Source: Lytechinus pictus
Taxonomy: Eukaryota
Length of the DNA stretch: 64,000 bases
NCBI RefSeq assembly: GCF_037042905.1
Contig: NC_087246.1
Span: forward strand, 51,026,001-51,090,000
Direction of reading: 5' to 3'
Part shown: positions 63,854 to 64,000 of the stretch, in pieces
Numbering within the stretch: the stretch's first letter is position 1
Layout: the number at the start of each line of letters is the position of its first letter
The notes under the pieces: generated by a model
Databases searched by the model: none
Seen by the model: only the letters and a program-made list of their open reading frames with translations
What the model was told of the DNA's origin: nothing
Position numbers and translations under genes: made by a program

Positions 63854-64000
63854 TGAATTTATCATCAATATGACAATGACAATTATTATCAAAGAAAAAT
63901 TACAATGACAGTATAACTAGACATACCATCCTGAAAATGCAAATATGCCTGCATTGAGAGCCAATGGGAAGCTTGTTGGGTTATCATAACCAGAGAAGGC
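49686..64000 (-). CDS. SLC7 family L-type/y+L amino-acid transporter light chain, 3' part; exons (64000)-63927, 62764-62720, 62301-62178, 60364-60261, 53921-53825, 51882-51733, 49934-49686
   Basis: All introns are GT-AG with consistent phases (2,2,0,2,0,0). Motifs: [50 protein letters not shown]...[43 protein letters not shown]. Confidence 0.93.
50255..50835. mobile_element. Kolobok/T2-type MITE (family B)
   Basis: AGGTCAAGTCCACCCC.../...GGGGTAGACTTGTCCT with degenerate TTAA flanks; shares the subterminal TCAAAATCGGAT motif with family A. Confidence 0.7.
50961..51037 (+). pseudogene. tRNA-like relic (SINE head or tRNA pseudogene)
   Basis: TAGCTCAATGGGTAAGGC and GGGTTCGAGCCC boxes are present, but the acceptor stem does not pair. 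Confidence 0.5.
52116..52340 (+). mobile_element. 5'-truncated SINE (family of 265-570)
   Basis: GTGTTTTCCTTCAGCAAGAAATTTACCCACATTTTGCTGCACTTGACCCAGGTG...GAATGGG matches the reverse complement of the copy near 440-505. Confidence 0.7.
52534..52722. mobile_element. Small TIR element with TAGGGT-rich interior
   Basis: CATTTGCTCCTGCGACAATTGCTCC / GGAGCAATTGTCGCCAGAGCAAATG inverted ends. Confidence 0.65.
54986..55231. mobile_element. hAT-type MITE upstream of the TLR
   Basis: TIR CATGGGCGGAAATC/GATTTCCGCCCATG; perfect 8-bp TSD GATGACCT (54978-54985, 55232-55239). Confidence 0.9.
55383..55564 (+). promoter_or_regulatory. Candidate TLR proximal promoter motifs
   Basis: ISRE-consensus GAAAATGAAACT (55383-55394), TATA-like TATAAAG (about 55461), kappaB-like GGGAAATTTC (55555-55564). 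Short motifs; function unproven. Confidence 0.35.
55614..58361 (+). CDS. Toll-like receptor (single-cysteine-cluster, echinoid expanded type), 915 aa, intronless
   Basis: Signal peptide, LRRNT (C...[14 protein letters not shown]), many LxxLxLxxN repeats, [22 protein letters not shown]...C...[25 protein letters not shown], and a TIR domain (YQLNIMF...EWV...LHPG...FKTALLIS...IILIFLEDI...FW). Confidence 0.95.
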   Translation: MAAGILCIFACLILWNVCLGADNFADERRFLHLQCASISKTTAKCSHLNLTSVPQSLPNTLEILDLSFNNLTALHNASFEKYDLLRILNIAHNFIHVIESGSFANLREIETIILNNNVIHELSATFHMNDSKQITLILSHNEMRGIAHLNGLCFTETKKENTGDSGSRNITLIDFSHNNLTSVEEKDFASFSNCSIYKFKIGNNKLTRLPMNVFSGLSRVRKLDVSHINLQQFEVSSFLGIESIIEITLEGSHIRSIVPLNDSACISSGQFTKLEILNLRDNKIEQVPDYTFLAFKYLEILDLGTNRISFISNKSFCEMRKLRVLSLPRNKIKSLQDGAFSCLGNLEYITLAQNNLFILEPAWFAHCKSLKILNLFRSNINEIKDGSWITPNLRILDLSYNKLSSIGRLMFTGLSHLRILKLTGNNQLYTIKGDTFSNMTALRSLEMDNIARLVLNDTFAELRSLIYLDFSFLYSHGAQIASVHQFTHTSALQTLNMSFCFIHSHDLVNTKTKGSLFDGLTSLRTLRMVGNNLVGLPNVSWMFSPLQRMEILDLGHCQLHSLTSELFKNLSSLQELRLTNNELVDISEHAFQNLHNLHNLLLQFNKINSIGKNLFKETANLRRLLLNSNQISMVAPNTIIPSHLKVFNIAGNQLICNCQLTWFMQWLRSTNVSLGPQNETLCSIHSFSELKNKPVWTFHPEKYCGINTLLLTGVSFAIIAVSLLCLLVYYKRWWFDHKIFLLKLAIIGYDEITEDADPDDYEYQLNIMFHDDDTEWVNENMRPALEERMPHLQNIAFGDEALHPGMYYLNALNHNLDNSFKTALLISNKSVGDAWFMTKLRMAVEHVNDTKLDKIILIFLEDIKQANLPYLVRLLLSRNKPYLLVTEDEDGQELFWAQFEKEMRTNKVLNSVIPT
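58958..59089. mobile_element. Short palindromic MITE
   Basis: GTAACACAAAGGTTAGC ... GCTAAGCTTTGTGTTAC inverted arms. Confidence 0.55.
60409..61154. mobile_element. piggyBac-like non-autonomous element
   Basis: TTAA|CCCTAAATAGACTGGG...CCCGTCTTCTTAGGG|TTAA; internal repeat CCTAAGAAGACTGGG and GGGGGCTG..TCAGCCCCCC palindromes near both ends. Confidence 0.8.
63343..63852. repeat. Compound (TAG)n-derived micro/minisatellite in an SLC7 intron
   Basis: 12-bp ACTAGTAGTAGT units, 27-bp CTAGCAGTCGGAGTAGTAGTAGTAGTA units, then (GTAGCA)n and (GTA)n. Confidence 0.95.

Noticed and set aside
63545-63892. Mucin-like Thr-rich ORF
   Set aside because: Satellite inside an SLC7 intron; no ATG start or supporting splice sites.

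Overview
Eukaryotic, AT-rich, intron-containing animal DNA, most likely a sea urchin (inferred from the echinoid-type intronless TLR, DEATH-NACHT-LRR NLR and repeat families). There is one 250-N assembly gap (5772-6021). Six protein-coding genes are supported. (1) The terminal exon of an SLC32/VIAAT-like amino-acid transporter (+, 665-1789). (2) A single-exon, divergent otopetrin-like 12-TM proton channel (+, 9382-11418) with substitutions at normally conserved positions. (3) A five-exon secreted protein that the ORF track shows only in pieces: signal peptide + IgGFc-binding N-terminal domain + PAN/Apple domain, 548 aa (-, 33686-25933). (4) A DEATH-NACHT-LRR NLR (+, from about 35055) lying head-to-head with gene 3. 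(5) The 3' seven exons of an SLC7 (LAT/y+LAT-type) light-chain transporter (-, 64000 to 49686). (6) An intronless Toll-like receptor (+, 55614-58361) nested antisense inside an SLC7 intron, preceded by ISRE-, TATA- and kappaB-like motifs and a hAT MITE. The remainder is dense with non-autonomous transposons (Kolobok/T2-, hAT-, piggyBac-, TA-target and foldback types, several nested), tRNA-derived SINEs and microsatellites. All family assignments are by-eye motif recognition; no database search was run.
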